Source: Nitrospirota bacterium (GTDB taxonomy: Bacteria; Nitrospirota; Thermodesulfovibrionia; Thermodesulfovibrionales; Dissulfurispiraceae). From it: a stretch of DNA of 64,000 nt. The stretch is taken from positions 1-64,000 of the forward strand of contig CAWBMP010000003.1 in NCBI GenBank assembly GCA_963790025.1, written 5' to 3'. A program made the position numbers and the translations under genes. This document shows, in pieces, positions 10,739-21,296 of the stretch. Position 1 is the stretch's first letter, and each line of letters opens with the position of its first letter. The notes beneath the pieces were generated by a model. It saw only the letters and a program-made list of their open reading frames with translations. It was not told the origin of the DNA and made no database searches.

Positions 10739-11464
10739 ATGCCCCGGAAGGATAAAAACAGCATTATTGCCGGAATTGAGCAGTCTCAGCTTATGTCGGC
10801 GGTCCGCACGGATACCCCGGAGAAGGCCCTGAAGGCGGCAGAGGCATGTATTGACGGCGGGTTCAGGTTCGTGGAAATCACTTTCTCCGTACCCGGAGTT
10901 GAAGGGGTAATAGAGGACCTCAGTCGAAGAAAAGATGCGGTTATAGGCGCCGGCACCGTTCTAAGTGTCAGCGAGGCTAAACGTGCGCTGAAGGCGGGCG
11001 CAGAGTATATAGTCAGCCCGAACGCAGATGAGAGAGTAATCCGGTTTGCGAAGAAGGAGGGTGTTGTGTCTATTCCAGGGGCTTGTACGCCCTCGGAGAT
11101 TTACAGGGCTTATAAGACGGGTGGCGATATCATAAAGCTCTTTCCTTTCGTTGAGATCGGTGGCCTCGATTTCCTGAAAGCGGTAAGGGGCCCGTTCCCT
11201 TTTATACGATATCTGCTCTGCGGAGGCGTCAACTTAGAAAATTTCGACAAGTATCTTGATGTTCGGGCTTCAGGCATACTTATCGGGACAGCGGTATTAC
11301 GACGTGATCTGGTTGCGAGCGAGGACTGGACTTCTATAGCGGAACTTGCCCGTAAATTTGTCCTGATGCGGGACAAGTGGCGTAAAAAAAACGTGAAGCC
11401 ACGGAAAGGCGATTCACCACAGAGACACATAGAAAAAAAAATTAATAAAAGAAGAGGAATATAG
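10739..11464 (+). CDS. eda: KDPG/KHG aldolase family protein
   Basis: IGAGTVL, YIVSP, PGACTPSE, IKLFP, GGVNLEN. Confidence 0.8.
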   Translation: MPRKDKNSIIAGIEQSQLMSAVRTDTPEKALKAAEACIDGGFRFVEITFSVPGVEGVIEDLSRRKDAVIGAGTVLSVSEAKRALKAGAEYIVSPNADERVIRFAKKEGVVSIPGACTPSEIYRAYKTGGDIIKLFPFVEIGGLDFLKAVRGPFPFIRYLLCGGVNLENFDKYLDVRASGILIGTAVLRRDLVASEDWTSIAELARKFVLMRDKWRKKNVKPRKGDSPQRHIEKKINKRRGI

Positions 11465-11615
11465 AAAGATTATAAGATGGAAAAAAAAGACTGATAATTT
11501 GAGAGGGCACAGAGGGGATGGAATTAAATCTTCCATAAAGTGGTGGTATAAAAAGTTTTCTCTGTACTCTCTGTGGTTAATTTTTGACAATATGCGTAAA
11601 TAAGGAGGCTCCATT

Positions 11616-12563
11616 ATGTTTCGTCCACAAATAAAGGTACTGGATTGCACTATCCGCGACGGCGGGTTGATCAATAAATGGCAGTTCAGTGATGAATTAG
11701 TCGGCAGGGTATTTGAGGCCCTTTCCCGCGCCGGAGTAGACTATATGGAAATAGGCTATAAATCGTCAGAGAAATATTTCTCCCGGGGTGAAAACGGGGC
11801 ATGGAAATTCTGCGCCGAAGAGGACATAAAACGGGCCATAGGAGAGAAGAATGGCGATATTAAGCTCTCTGCAATGGCCGACATCGGCAGGATTGATGCC
11901 GTTGATATTCTCCCAAAAAGCGAGAGTGTCCTGGACATGATCAGAGTGGCTTGCTACGCCCATGATACGGACAAGGGAATCAGTCTTGCCCAGCACTGCC
12001 AGGATAAGGGTTACGAAGTGACGATTAACCTCATGGCGGTCTCAAAGGTGATTGAAAGGGACCTGGATGAGGCCCTCAACGACCTTGCGAAGAGCAGCGT
12101 GCCCGTGGTATATCTCGTCGACAGTTTCGGCAACATGTATTCAGAGCAGATACAGTTTCTTGCCAGGAAGTACTTCGAGGCCATGCCCGGGAAGGAACTG
12201 GGCATACATACTCACAACAACCAGCAATTGGCTTTTGCCAATACCATAGAGGCTATTATAGCTGGGATTAACCGTATCGATGCCACTATCTACGGTATGG
12301 GAAGGGGCGCAGGGAATTGCCCCCTCGAACTACTCCTTAGTTTCCTCAAGAACCCTAAGTTCGACATAGGGCCTGTATTCGAGATTATCCAGGAATTATT
12401 TATATCGTTGAAGAGCGAGGTTGAATGGGGATACCACATACCTTATATGATAACCGGCATATTGAACGAGCATCCGAGAAGCGGGATTAAGGTGATGTCA
12501 CAGGACGAATTGCCGAGTCTGAGGCAGTTTTACGAAGACTTGAGGGATGGCACTCCCGATTAA
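11616..12563 (+). CDS. DRE-TIM (HMGL-like) aldolase catalytic domain protein
   Basis: LDCTIRDGG, HTHNN, GMGRGAGN. Confidence 0.8.
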   Translation: MFRPQIKVLDCTIRDGGLINKWQFSDELVGRVFEALSRAGVDYMEIGYKSSEKYFSRGENGAWKFCAEEDIKRAIGEKNGDIKLSAMADIGRIDAVDILPKSESVLDMIRVACYAHDTDKGISLAQHCQDKGYEVTINLMAVSKVIERDLDEALNDLAKSSVPVVYLVDSFGNMYSEQIQFLARKYFEAMPGKELGIHTHNNQQLAFANTIEAIIAGINRIDATIYGMGRGAGNCPLELLLSFLKNPKFDIGPVFEIIQELFISLKSEVEWGYHIPYMITGILNEHPRSGIKVMSQDELPSLRQFYEDLRDGTPD

Positions 12564-12608
12564 TCAGGGCAACTTCCTACTATTATTTGGCTTTTGGATG
12601 GTGAAAGA

Positions 12609-12992
12609 ATGTCTGACGAAACAAGTATAATTGTTTGTGTGGAAAGGGAACACGGTCCTTACAAATCCTGTTCTAGGGAGCTAAATTTAAAATTTGGCGA
12701 TAAAATAAAATTAGTTCATTTTGCCACCGCAAAAGAAACCCTTGATTATCTGTCCTCAAGCAGGGCAGACCTCGTCATTTCCAATCTTATGCAAGCGGAA
12801 ATAAATGGAATCGATTTGTTAAACACTTGCAAAGAGCTTTATCCCGGTTTGCCGTTTATTATTTATACCCCGCTGGAGTATAATGAAGATTTTTTTATGT
12901 GGGGATATAAACCGGATGCTTATGTGGTAAGAAACTCGGATTTCTCCGGCTTGCTTCAAAGTGTGGAGAGACTGCTTAAAGACAGGCAATAG
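12609..12992 (+). CDS. Atypical receiver-domain protein
   Basis: CheY-like pattern ADLVISNLMQAEINGIDLL with Asn at the phospho-Asp position. Confidence 0.7.
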   Translation: MSDETSIIVCVEREHGPYKSCSRELNLKFGDKIKLVHFATAKETLDYLSSSRADLVISNLMQAEINGIDLLNTCKELYPGLPFIIYTPLEYNEDFFMWGYKPDAYVVRNSDFSGLLQSVERLLKDRQ

Positions 12993-13071
12993 TCTATAGA
13001 TAGGTGATGGGCTATAGTAAAGAGATAAAGGCAAATACCGATAACCTACTGCCCGTAGCCCATAGCCCTTT

Positions 13072-13758
13072 TTATTTATAGAATTTCACCAATTTTTCCG
13101 GTGCAAAGCCCATGAAATATAACGTAATCAACACCCAGTTTCTCAGCGTGCAGTAAACTATGCCTTCTTTTTCCCATCTTCGGGAAGAAGTCTTCACTTT
13201 CTCTGAAATAATATAAATGTTGTCTCCGGCTTTTTTTATTCTCCTCATTAATTCAACATCTTCCATTAACGGTATCTCCTTAAAACCACATGCAGCGTGA
13301 AAATATTCTTTCCCTATGAATATGGCCTGGTCACCGTAAGGTATTCTTGTAATCCTGGTGCGAAGGGAAGCCGCCCTCTCTACCAACCTGAAAGCGGCCC
13401 TGGCCGATTCTATGCCCAAATCAAAAGCACCGCCGACATAGTCTCCTTTTCCCATGACAGAGGAAATTGTATTCAGGGCACTTTTTGGCAGTTCAGTATC
13501 CGCATGTAAAAATAACAGTATTTCTCCGCAGGCATTAAGAGCGCCCCGGTTCATTTGATATGCCCGTCCTTTTTCGCTGAAAATCTTTTTTACGTCCGCT
13601 TTCTTAATGGCGTCTATAGTGTCCCGGTCAGGACTACCATCTACGACGATTACTTCTAACTCTCCGCTATATGGCAGACTGAAAATGTTGTCGATGGTCC
13701 TGTTGATTATGGATGCTTCATTCAGGGCAGGGATGATAATGGAAATTCCATGTTTCAT
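13072..13758 (-). CDS. GT2 glycosyltransferase, TIGR04283-like
   Basis: ISIIIPALNE, GRAYQMNRGA, LFLHADT, YGDQAIF, PLMEDV, TSSRRW. Confidence 0.85.
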   Translation of the reverse strand: MKHGISIIIPALNEASIINRTIDNIFSLPYSGELEVIVVDGSPDRDTIDAIKKADVKKIFSEKGRAYQMNRGALNACGEILLFLHADTELPKSALNTISSVMGKGDYVGGAFDLGIESARAAFRLVERAASLRTRITRIPYGDQAIFIGKEYFHAACGFKEIPLMEDVELMRRIKKAGDNIYIISEKVKTSSRRWEKEGIVYCTLRNWVLITLYFMGFAPEKLVKFYK

Positions 13759-13782
13759 GCTATGCCGGTCGGCTTTTACTCA

Positions 13783-14475
13783 TCACCTGTTGCCTATTAA
13801 TTCTTTTATTGTTTTATTATTCCTGATAAATGACATCGTCAGGGCCCCTTTATAATCCGTATCCGGATTTCTTACAAATAACGACAACAGGTCGTCAAAG
13901 GTGTCTATATCCATCAATCTTGTTAAAACATGAACGCTGACGGCGGATTTTTTCAAAATTTGCATTGTTTGATAAAAGACGGAACCAGTACTCCAGGCAA
14001 TGCCCTGAAAGATGTCAGGCAGAAAGGTGCTTCTGTTGAAGCCTATTAAGTAGTATCCTCCGTCAGGGGTAGGGCCAATTACTGCGTCTCTGGTATCGAG
14101 GGCCTCAACGGCTTCATTAATTGATGAAATTGTCATATCGGGAATGTCACTTCCTATGAGAAGGACCTTTGCCACGCCGTCTGAAAAGATTTGAATGAAA
14201 GCATTTTTCATACGTTCTCCAATATCTCTCCCATGTTGCTGCACATAGGTATATTCATTCCCTAACCAGCTTTCGACAATCTCCCCCGAATCAGGAGGGT
14301 AAAAACAGATGTCCAAGGCGAATGGTCCGGCTTTCAGGGTTTCCAAGGTATCGGTTACAAGGCATTTATAGATATCAAGCGCAGCATCTTCCCCAATAAC
14401 TTTTGCCAGACGGGTTTTCACTTTTCCCTTTTCAGGGGATTTTATGAAAAGAAGTATAGCCGAATTATTATCCAT
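13783..14475 (-). CDS. TIGR04282/DUF2064-like transferase
   Basis: GKVKTRL, IGSDIP, IGPTPDGGYYLIG, DIDT. Confidence 0.85.
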   Translation of the reverse strand: MDNNSAILLFIKSPEKGKVKTRLAKVIGEDAALDIYKCLVTDTLETLKAGPFALDICFYPPDSGEIVESWLGNEYTYVQQHGRDIGERMKNAFIQIFSDGVAKVLLIGSDIPDMTISSINEAVEALDTRDAVIGPTPDGGYYLIGFNRSTFLPDIFQGIAWSTGSVFYQTMQILKKSAVSVHVLTRLMDIDTFDDLLSLFVRNPDTDYKGALTMSFIRNNKTIKELIGNR

Positions 14476-14667
14476 ACTCTTTCATTTTATCTCAAAAAAG
14501 AAAATAGGGCAAAAGGCAAAAAGCTAAGAACAAAAGGATCAAAATATCCAGCAGTCTATATTATTTACTTTAGCCCTTAGCCTTCTGCCTTTTTTAAGTT
14601 GACATTCGGCTTCGTATATAGTGTAATTGAATCAGATGACGCATTTAATGTTAATATGGGCGGAAAT

Positions 14668-14991
14668 ATGAGATATCAAAGCTTGGAAGACTATATTAAA
14701 ACTCTCTCAGAGAGCGAAAAAAAAGTGTATCGGCAGCTTATTGAAGAACATAGGCAACGGGAAGTTAAAATCAGAGAAAATTTCGATGAGTTGAGAAAGA
14801 AACTTGAGTGGTTGTGCCGGAATATGGAAGCATGTGCTGAAGCAATGCTTGATTTAAAAAAGTCCTTAAATGAACTCAATGCAAGCATACTTGAAGTTCA
14901 TTATAAACAATTCTTAAATACCGGAACTTTTTCCGAATCTGCGGACTGCAGCTGGCACTTGTTTCAACATTATCCAAGCTCTTATAATTAA
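14668..14991 (+). CDS. Hypothetical coiled-coil protein
   Basis: Open frame with heptad-like charge pattern. Confidence 0.5.
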   Translation: MRYQSLEDYIKTLSESEKKVYRQLIEEHRQREVKIRENFDELRKKLEWLCRNMEACAEAMLDLKKSLNELNASILEVHYKQFLNTGTFSESADCSWHLFQHYPSSYN

Positions 14992-15106
14992 AGTGAATAC
15001 TGATGACTCATACTCTAAAGATCGATAAGTCTGGGAGTTTTTTAATGTTGCAAATGTAATCCATATTACAGATTATTGAACTACATAACACTTGAGGAGG
15101 CTTAGT

Positions 15107-15373
15107 ATGAAAGAACATGAATTGGTGGAACAGCTGAAGCATTTGCCACGGGTCGGACAAACAGTAAAAAGCAAAGACGACGGAACTTTGTGGAGAGTAA
15201 TGGAAAAACGGGAGGTCTGGCAGAATGTGGACCCAAACCGTCTCTGCCCCGGGATGTACCTCGCCTTCTGGCAGATTAAAGATGGCGAATTACCCGGTGT
15301 CGGGAAGCTCCTGGGTTATGTTTACACCGTATATGACAACATATTCGAGACCCACTGGGAAATTGTACAGTAA
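15107..15373 (+). CDS. Hypothetical protein
   Basis: GAGGAGG SD, 88-aa ORF. Confidence 0.65.
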   Translation: MKEHELVEQLKHLPRVGQTVKSKDDGTLWRVMEKREVWQNVDPNRLCPGMYLAFWQIKDGELPGVGKLLGYVYTVYDNIFETHWEIVQ

Positions 15374-15430
15374 GAGGCTGATATTAAAACGAGCGTGCAC
15401 CTGACAAAAAATGGTTCGTCAAGTTGTCCA

Positions 15431-15467
15431 GCTCCTGCTTTTAGAACCTTAAAGGCAGGAGTTTTTT
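15431..15467 (+). terminator. Intrinsic terminator
   Basis: GCTCCTGCTTTT...AAAGGCAGGAGT then T-run. Confidence 0.7.
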
Positions 15468-15498
15468 AAGCCGTTTTTTATATTAATTACCTTTTTCA

Positions 15499-15527
15499 TT
15501 GACTATAATTTGGCATTCTGATAATTT
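15499..15527 (+). promoter_or_regulatory. Putative sigma70 promoter of the fluoride operon
   Basis: TTGACT followed by GATAAT/TAATTT, ~25 nt before the riboswitch. Confidence 0.45.
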
Positions 15528-15549
15528 ATTACAGAAAGCTACTGTCTGG

Positions 15550-15656
15550 GGCGATGGAGTTCGCCATTAACCGTCGAAGACTCAACAAGCTGCTCACTTG
15601 GCGATTTGAGTGCTCGACCGATAACTCCTACTCATTAATTAGAGTAGGAGTTTTTT
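15550..15656 (+). promoter_or_regulatory. Fluoride (crcB) riboswitch 1 with overlapping terminator
   Basis: GGCGATGGAGTTCGCC...GATAACTCCTAC pseudoknot consensus; terminator AACTCCTACTC/GAGTAGGAGTT plus T-run. Confidence 0.92.
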
Positions 15657-15678
15657 ATGCCCGGAAAGGAGACTGCAT

Positions 15679-16872
15679 ATGCATGAAGTATGGGGAATGG
15701 CGGCGCTCTGGATAGGCTTGGCACTGATCGCCACTTTGCTTTCCATCTGGTTCCGTATTGCAACAGCCTTGTCAGAAATCGTCGTCGGCACAGTTGCTCA
15801 ATTAATCATAGGAGCTTTTATAGGAACCACTCTCGGATCCGATGTGCCCTGGATCAAATTCTTGTCCGGGACAGGGGCAATTGTGCTGACATTTCTGGCC
15901 GGAGCGGAGCTTGACCCGGTTGTGTTCAAGGCCAAATGGAAAGAAGCGACTGCAATAGGACTCATTGCTTTCTTTGCTCCTTTTTTGGGTTGCACTGCGC
16001 TTGCCTATTACGTTTTGGGCTGGACGGTCAAGTCAAGTTGGCTTGCAGGAGTCGCACTTTCCACGACCTCTGTAGCGGTAGTATATGCCGTAATGCTCGA
16101 ACTTGGACTGAACAAGACCGATTTCGGAAAGGCTGTGCTGGCGGCCTGTTTTATAAATGATCTCGGGACAGTTATAGCCCTTGGACTGATATTTTCGCCG
16201 TTTACGCTAAAAACCGTTGTTTTTGTCGTAGTGAGCATTATCATCTTTGCGGCGCTTCCTTGGCTCACCCCCCGATTTTTCAGCAAATATGGGGGAAGGC
16301 CTTCGGAACTTGAGGCAAAATATCTCCTGCTGTTCCTTTTCGGACTTGGCGCACTGGCCGGCTGGTCTGGAAGCGAGGCGGTCCTGCCGGCCTATATAAT
16401 CGGGATGGTACTGGCAGGCTCGGTCGGCAAAGATCACGTCCTTGTAAGGAGGCTCAGGACCTTGACATTCGGGCTGCTGACGCCTTTTTATTTCATTCGG
16501 GCCGGTTCTTTTGTCTCTGTCCCTGCAATCGTAGCTGCCCCTGTGGCGCTTCTGGTCCTTTTCCTGGGTAAAATGTTTACCAAAATTATCGGGGTTTATC
16601 CTTCGACTAAGGCATTCAAATATGCACAGAAGGAAGGGGTTTACACTACTCTTTTGATGTCTACTGGATTGACATTCGGTTCCATATCCGCTCTTTTCGG
16701 ACTCAATCACGGGATCATTAATCAAGCACAATATTCGCTGCTCATAGCTGCGGTTATAGGCAGCGCCGTTATTCCCACGCTGATCGCGAATGCTTTTTTT
16801 GTCCCGAAATATCTTTTGCGGGAAAAAGAACAGGAAGTGCACTTGAAAGAGACCCCGGTCACTGAAAAATGA
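15679..16872 (+). CDS. Cation:proton antiporter (CPA2-like)
   Basis: About 12 TM helices, FLAGAELD, ACFINDL. Confidence 0.85.
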   Translation: MHEVWGMAALWIGLALIATLLSIWFRIATALSEIVVGTVAQLIIGAFIGTTLGSDVPWIKFLSGTGAIVLTFLAGAELDPVVFKAKWKEATAIGLIAFFAPFLGCTALAYYVLGWTVKSSWLAGVALSTTSVAVVYAVMLELGLNKTDFGKAVLAACFINDLGTVIALGLIFSPFTLKTVVFVVVSIIIFAALPWLTPRFFSKYGGRPSELEAKYLLLFLFGLGALAGWSGSEAVLPAYIIGMVLAGSVGKDHVLVRRLRTLTFGLLTPFYFIRAGSFVSVPAIVAAPVALLVLFLGKMFTKIIGVYPSTKAFKYAQKEGVYTTLLMSTGLTFGSISALFGLNHGIINQAQYSLLIAAVIGSAVIPTLIANAFFVPKYLLREKEQEVHLKETPVTEK

Positions 16873-16887
16873 AAATAGGAGGGTTCA

Positions 16888-17313
16888 ATGCTTAAAAGGT
16901 TAATTGTTGCATTCGATGGCTCAATACAATCATATCGGGCATTCGACTTTGCCATGGATTTGGCCGCTAACAGTTCCGGAGCTGTTAAGGAGGTAATTGT
17001 TCTTTCTGTTGCACAGCCGCCGGAGCCAATCGATATTGTGGAAATGGATGCAGTGATCGATAATGCAAGCCGCCATTATGAGGACCTTTTTAAAGGTCTC
17101 AGGGAAAAAGCGAAAGAAAAGGGCATTGATATAAAAACAGAGGTGGCTATAGGGCATCCGGCGGAGCAGATAATCAGGTACGCGCGGGACAGAGATTCCG
17201 ACATGGTGGTCATGGGACAGAAGGGAAAATCCAAAGTCGAAAGCTGGCTTCTGGGGTCTGTTTCAAAAAGGGTCGCGACGCATTCCCATTGCACCGTAAC
17301 TATTGTAAAATAA
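16888..17313 (+). CDS. Universal stress protein
   Basis: IVAFDGS, GHPAEQI, VMGQKG, LLGSVS. Confidence 0.92.
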   Translation: MLKRLIVAFDGSIQSYRAFDFAMDLAANSSGAVKEVIVLSVAQPPEPIDIVEMDAVIDNASRHYEDLFKGLREKAKEKGIDIKTEVAIGHPAEQIIRYARDRDSDMVVMGQKGKSKVESWLLGSVSKRVATHSHCTVTIVK

Positions 17314-17334
17314 TCATAAAGGGACGTATATTTT

Positions 17335-17709
17335 ATGATGAACTATATCATGGTTTTTGCAGGAGGGGGCATCGGTTCTGTTATACGCTTCGCATTGGGG
17401 ACCTGGATCGGTCAGCATTGGGGCAGGAGCTTTCCCCTCGGCACTTTTATTATCAACGTTACCGGCAGTTTCCTTATCGGTTTATTGATGACTCTGATAA
17501 CAGTTCGCGTTATAGTCAACCCGCAGTGGAGACTGCTTCTTGTTGTCGGCGGATTGGGCGGGTATACTACTTTTTCGACGTTCCAGTACGAGACCGGCAA
17601 ACTGGTTATGGACGGCGAACTAGCTTATGCGGCGCTCAACATGGTATTGAGCGTCGCTGTCGGGTTCATGGCGTTGAAGCTGGGCGAAGTTATTGCCAAA
17701 ATAATATAG
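17335..17709 (+). CDS. crcB: Fluoride efflux channel CrcB/FluC
   Basis: GGGIGSVIR, PLGTFIINVTGS, GGYTTFSTF. Confidence 0.95.
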   Translation: MMNYIMVFAGGGIGSVIRFALGTWIGQHWGRSFPLGTFIINVTGSFLIGLLMTLITVRVIVNPQWRLLLVVGGLGGYTTFSTFQYETGKLVMDGELAYAALNMVLSVAVGFMALKLGEVIAKII

Positions 17710-17719
17710 GAGAAAAATA

Positions 17720-18430
17720 ATGGTCAGCAAAGGTCCAGCCAAGAAGCTTACTGTGTATGTGGATGAGATCGATAAGTATAACGGTAAGCCGGTATACGAG
17801 GTGCTGCTCGATATTTTTTTCAAGCGAAAAATTATCGGGGTGAGTGTTTTCAGGGGAATAGCGGGATACGGAAGCGACGGCAAGTTTCACACAGCCAAGA
17901 TGCTCGAGCTCTCTACAAGCCTGCCGGTAAAAATCGAGGTGGTGGATTCTGAGGAAATGATCGATAAAGTCCTGCCCGACGTTTACCAGGTAGTGGAGAA
18001 GGGGCTTGTGGAAGTTTCCGATACTAATATCATAAAAAGCCGTCCTATGGCTTTTGAAAAAGGGGAAGGTGGACATATGAAACTCGAGGGAAAGGCGAAA
18101 ATGCTTCGCATACTGATAAGCGAGGATGACGAGTGGGAAGGAGGCCCTCTTTACGAGGCAATTGTCAAGAGACTCATCATGACCGACATTGCCGGCGCGA
18201 CAGTCTATAAGGCGATTGCCGGATACGGCCCCCACCGGAGGTATCATAAAAAGAAAACGCTGACGAAGCATGGAGAACTGCCTATTATGATCTCCATAAT
18301 AGACACTGAGGAAAACATCAATAAAGCCATCCCGGTCCTCGATGATATGGTGGGAGAGGGCATAGTCGTGATGTCGAATGTGGATGTCATTAAATATACT
18401 CACAGGGACTTAACCGCTGAAATAGCATAA
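17720..18430 (+). CDS. Tandem DUF190 (PII-like) protein
   Basis: Two repeats with VFRGIAGYG / VYKAIAGYG and LPVKIEVVD / LPIMISIID. Confidence 0.85.
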   Translation: MVSKGPAKKLTVYVDEIDKYNGKPVYEVLLDIFFKRKIIGVSVFRGIAGYGSDGKFHTAKMLELSTSLPVKIEVVDSEEMIDKVLPDVYQVVEKGLVEVSDTNIIKSRPMAFEKGEGGHMKLEGKAKMLRILISEDDEWEGGPLYEAIVKRLIMTDIAGATVYKAIAGYGPHRRYHKKKTLTKHGELPIMISIIDTEENINKAIPVLDDMVGEGIVVMSNVDVIKYTHRDLTAEIA

Positions 18431-18432
18431 CC

Positions 18433-18543
18433 GGCGATGGAGTTCGCCGTTAACCGTCGAGCACTCAACACGCTGCTTATTGGCGACTTGAGTGCTGGTC
18501 TGATGACTCCTGCTCTCAATGTTAAGAGGGTAGGAGTTTTTTT
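18433..18543 (+). promoter_or_regulatory. Fluoride riboswitch 2 with overlapping terminator
   Basis: GGCGATGGAGTTCGCC...CTGATGACTCCTGC; hairpin ACTCCTGCTCTC/GAGGGTAGGAGT plus T-run. Confidence 0.92.
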
Positions 18544-18566
18544 ATATCGAAGGAGGAACGATTGTT

Positions 18567-20363
18567 ATGAGCGGCCGACAGTGCCCCCCGGAAATACCTG
18601 CAATATCGGGTTACTCAGCATTAAGAGATGCGCTGTTGCAAGGCATTGATGAAATGTTCGCTGTAGAAAATGTCCCGCGCAATTTATGCACAGAATTAAA
18701 AGAGAAGGTCCGGATGAACGCCTTCAATCTAGTGGTTGTCGGCCAGTTCAAGCGCGGCAAGACCAGCCTCATCAATGCCCTCCTGGGGGCCGATATCCTG
18801 CCCGTTGCGGTCGTCCCGCTCACCTCTATCGTGACCATCATCGCTTATGGAGCGACGCTGACTATCAAAGTGTTTTTCAATGAAGGCAGGACCCTCGATA
18901 TCAATCCTGAAGACCTGACGGATTATGTCACAGAAAAAGGAAATCCTAAAAACATAAAAGATGTCAGAGAGGTGATCATCACATACCCTTCACCATATTT
19001 GAAAGACGGGGTGAGATTGATCGATACCCCGGGGGTAGGCTCTATCTACCAGCACAACACGGATGTGGCGTATCAGTATCTCCCCAAATCCGATGCCGCG
19101 CTCTTCCTGCTTTCCGTTGACCAGCCGATGAGCAGGGCAGAGCTCGATTTCCTCGGGGACGTAAAGGAGTATTCGAACAAAATTTTTTTCCTCCTTAACA
19201 AGGCCGACTATTTCTCAGAATCGGATTTAAAGGAATCCATCGAGTTTTCGAGAGGAGTGCTGGAAGACGCAATGGGCGCTGATGTGACGATATTCCCCGT
19301 ATCGGCGAAGCTGGCGCTGGACGGTAAGCTCAACTGTTCGGACGAAGTGCTGCAGAAAAGCTGTCTCCCCGGTTTTTCCGATGTCCTGAATGCGTTCCTG
19401 ATGGAAGAGAAAGGAAAGATATTGATCGTGTCGGTGACGAATAATCTATTAAGGACCATTTCTCACGTACAGTTTGAGCTGGCGCTTGAACTCAAATCCC
19501 TCACGACCCCTCTCGAAGACCTTGAAAGGAAGCTGCAGGCTTTTGAAACAAAAAAAACGGAGGTGGCGCAGGAAAAACAGGATTTCAATTTTCTTCTCGA
19601 TGGTGAAACGAAGATGCTGACAAAAAATACCCTGGATGAAGACCTAAAAGTGTTCAGGAGGGACCTGATCGACCAGGAGCAGGTACAGCTCGAAGGACAG
19701 TTCAGTAAATTAAAAACACTTCCGTCAAGGGAACTCAGGGACAAACTTGAAGAGATAGTTATAGACCATGTAAAACAGGCGTTCAACGCATGGAGGGCGA
19801 TTGAAGACGACAGGCTTGCGAAGGCATTCGAGACGATTTGCAGAAGGTTTATTATAAAGATAGACGACACCGTTGATGCTCTCCTGAAGTTCTCCTCCGA
19901 TCTCTTTGAAATCCCCTTCGAGGCGTTAAAGGCGGAAACGCTATGGACAATGGATTCAGGGTTCTATTACAGGTTTAAAGAGCAGCCTGTAGGGATTGCT
20001 ATAGCCACCTCTACACTGACCCTCGCGTTGCCCAAATTCATCGGCGACAAGATCATTTTGAAAAACATGAAAGACTATCTGGTCCGGGTGGCCGACTTGC
20101 AGGCAGGAAGGATAGGGTACGATTTCGAAAAGAGGCTGGACAAAAGCAAGCTGGATTTCAGATGGGAAATGCTTCAGCGGATAGAGGCGACTATCACGGG
20201 CATCGCCGGTGCTATCGAAAAGGGAATGAACCGGAGGAGCAAGGGAGAAAAAGAGGTCGAGGAAAGAAAGGGCGTGCTTGCGGAAATCTCAGGCAGGCTT
20301 GATAATATAAAAAGACGGCTCCTATACATAAGGGGCATAGCTGATGAAATTGGATCAGATTAA
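18567..20363 (+). CDS. Bacterial dynamin-like GTPase
   Basis: [16 protein letters not shown]; long helical C-terminus. Confidence 0.85.
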   Translation: MSGRQCPPEIPAISGYSALRDALLQGIDEMFAVENVPRNLCTELKEKVRMNAFNLVVVGQFKRGKTSLINALLGADILPVAVVPLTSIVTIIAYGATLTIKVFFNEGRTLDINPEDLTDYVTEKGNPKNIKDVREVIITYPSPYLKDGVRLIDTPGVGSIYQHNTDVAYQYLPKSDAALFLLSVDQPMSRAELDFLGDVKEYSNKIFFLLNKADYFSESDLKESIEFSRGVLEDAMGADVTIFPVSAKLALDGKLNCSDEVLQKSCLPGFSDVLNAFLMEEKGKILIVSVTNNLLRTISHVQFELALELKSLTTPLEDLERKLQAFETKKTEVAQEKQDFNFLLDGETKMLTKNTLDEDLKVFRRDLIDQEQVQLEGQFSKLKTLPSRELRDKLEEIVIDHVKQAFNAWRAIEDDRLAKAFETICRRFIIKIDDTVDALLKFSSDLFEIPFEALKAETLWTMDSGFYYRFKEQPVGIAIATSTLTLALPKFIGDKIILKNMKDYLVRVADLQAGRIGYDFEKRLDKSKLDFRWEMLQRIEATITGIAGAIEKGMNRRSKGEKEVEERKGVLAEISGRLDNIKRRLLYIRGIADEIGSD

Positions 20364-20382
20364 GCGAATATTAAAGGAGAGT

Positions 20383-20785
<403 letters not shown>

Positions 20786-20807
20786 ATACCTTTTTAGGAG
20801 GTTTATA

Positions 20808-21278
20808 GTGTTTAAACTTGATATTCCAGGCTTTGGAGTTGTCGAACTTCAACACTGCGTAACCGACTTTACCGGTACTCTGTCTGTCGATGGGAAACTG
20901 CTGTCCGGCGTCGGGGAGCGGCTGAACAGAATAGCCGAGTTCCTGAATGTGCATGTGCTGACAGCCGATACATTCGGCAAGGCGAAAGAGGAGCTTGAAG
21001 GAGTGCGGTGCGAAATCCATATCCTCGAAGGAAAAGAGCACGATGTACAAAAAGAAGAATTTGTCAAAAAGCTCGGGGCAGAGGGCGTCATCGCATTAGG
21101 CAACGGCAATAACGACAGGCGGATGTTGAAACACGCGCGGATAGGAATTGCCGTATGTCTCGATGAGGGGTGCGCAAAGGATGCTCTGCTGTCATCGGAC
21201 ATTATAGTGAAATCGCCTGTTGATGCCCTCGACCTGCTGCTGAATCCTAAAAGACTGAAAGCAACATTAAGGTTCTGA
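20808..21278 (+). CDS. HAD-like hydrolase (soluble P-type ATPase-like)
   Basis: DFTGTL, LTADTFG, GNGNND. Confidence 0.8.
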   Translation: MFKLDIPGFGVVELQHCVTDFTGTLSVDGKLLSGVGERLNRIAEFLNVHVLTADTFGKAKEELEGVRCEIHILEGKEHDVQKEEFVKKLGAEGVIALGNGNNDRRMLKHARIGIAVCLDEGCAKDALLSSDIIVKSPVDALDLLLNPKRLKATLRF

Positions 21279-21296
21279 GTGGAATAGGGAGACCAT

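Noticed and set aside
13072..14475. Arsenosugar or selenium biosynthesis cluster
   Set aside because: Only the two transferases are present; no partner radical SAM or methyltransferase is adjacent.
18437..18649. 70-aa ORF MEFAVNRR
   Set aside because: Its ATG lies within the riboswitch consensus GGCGATGG and it runs through the terminator.
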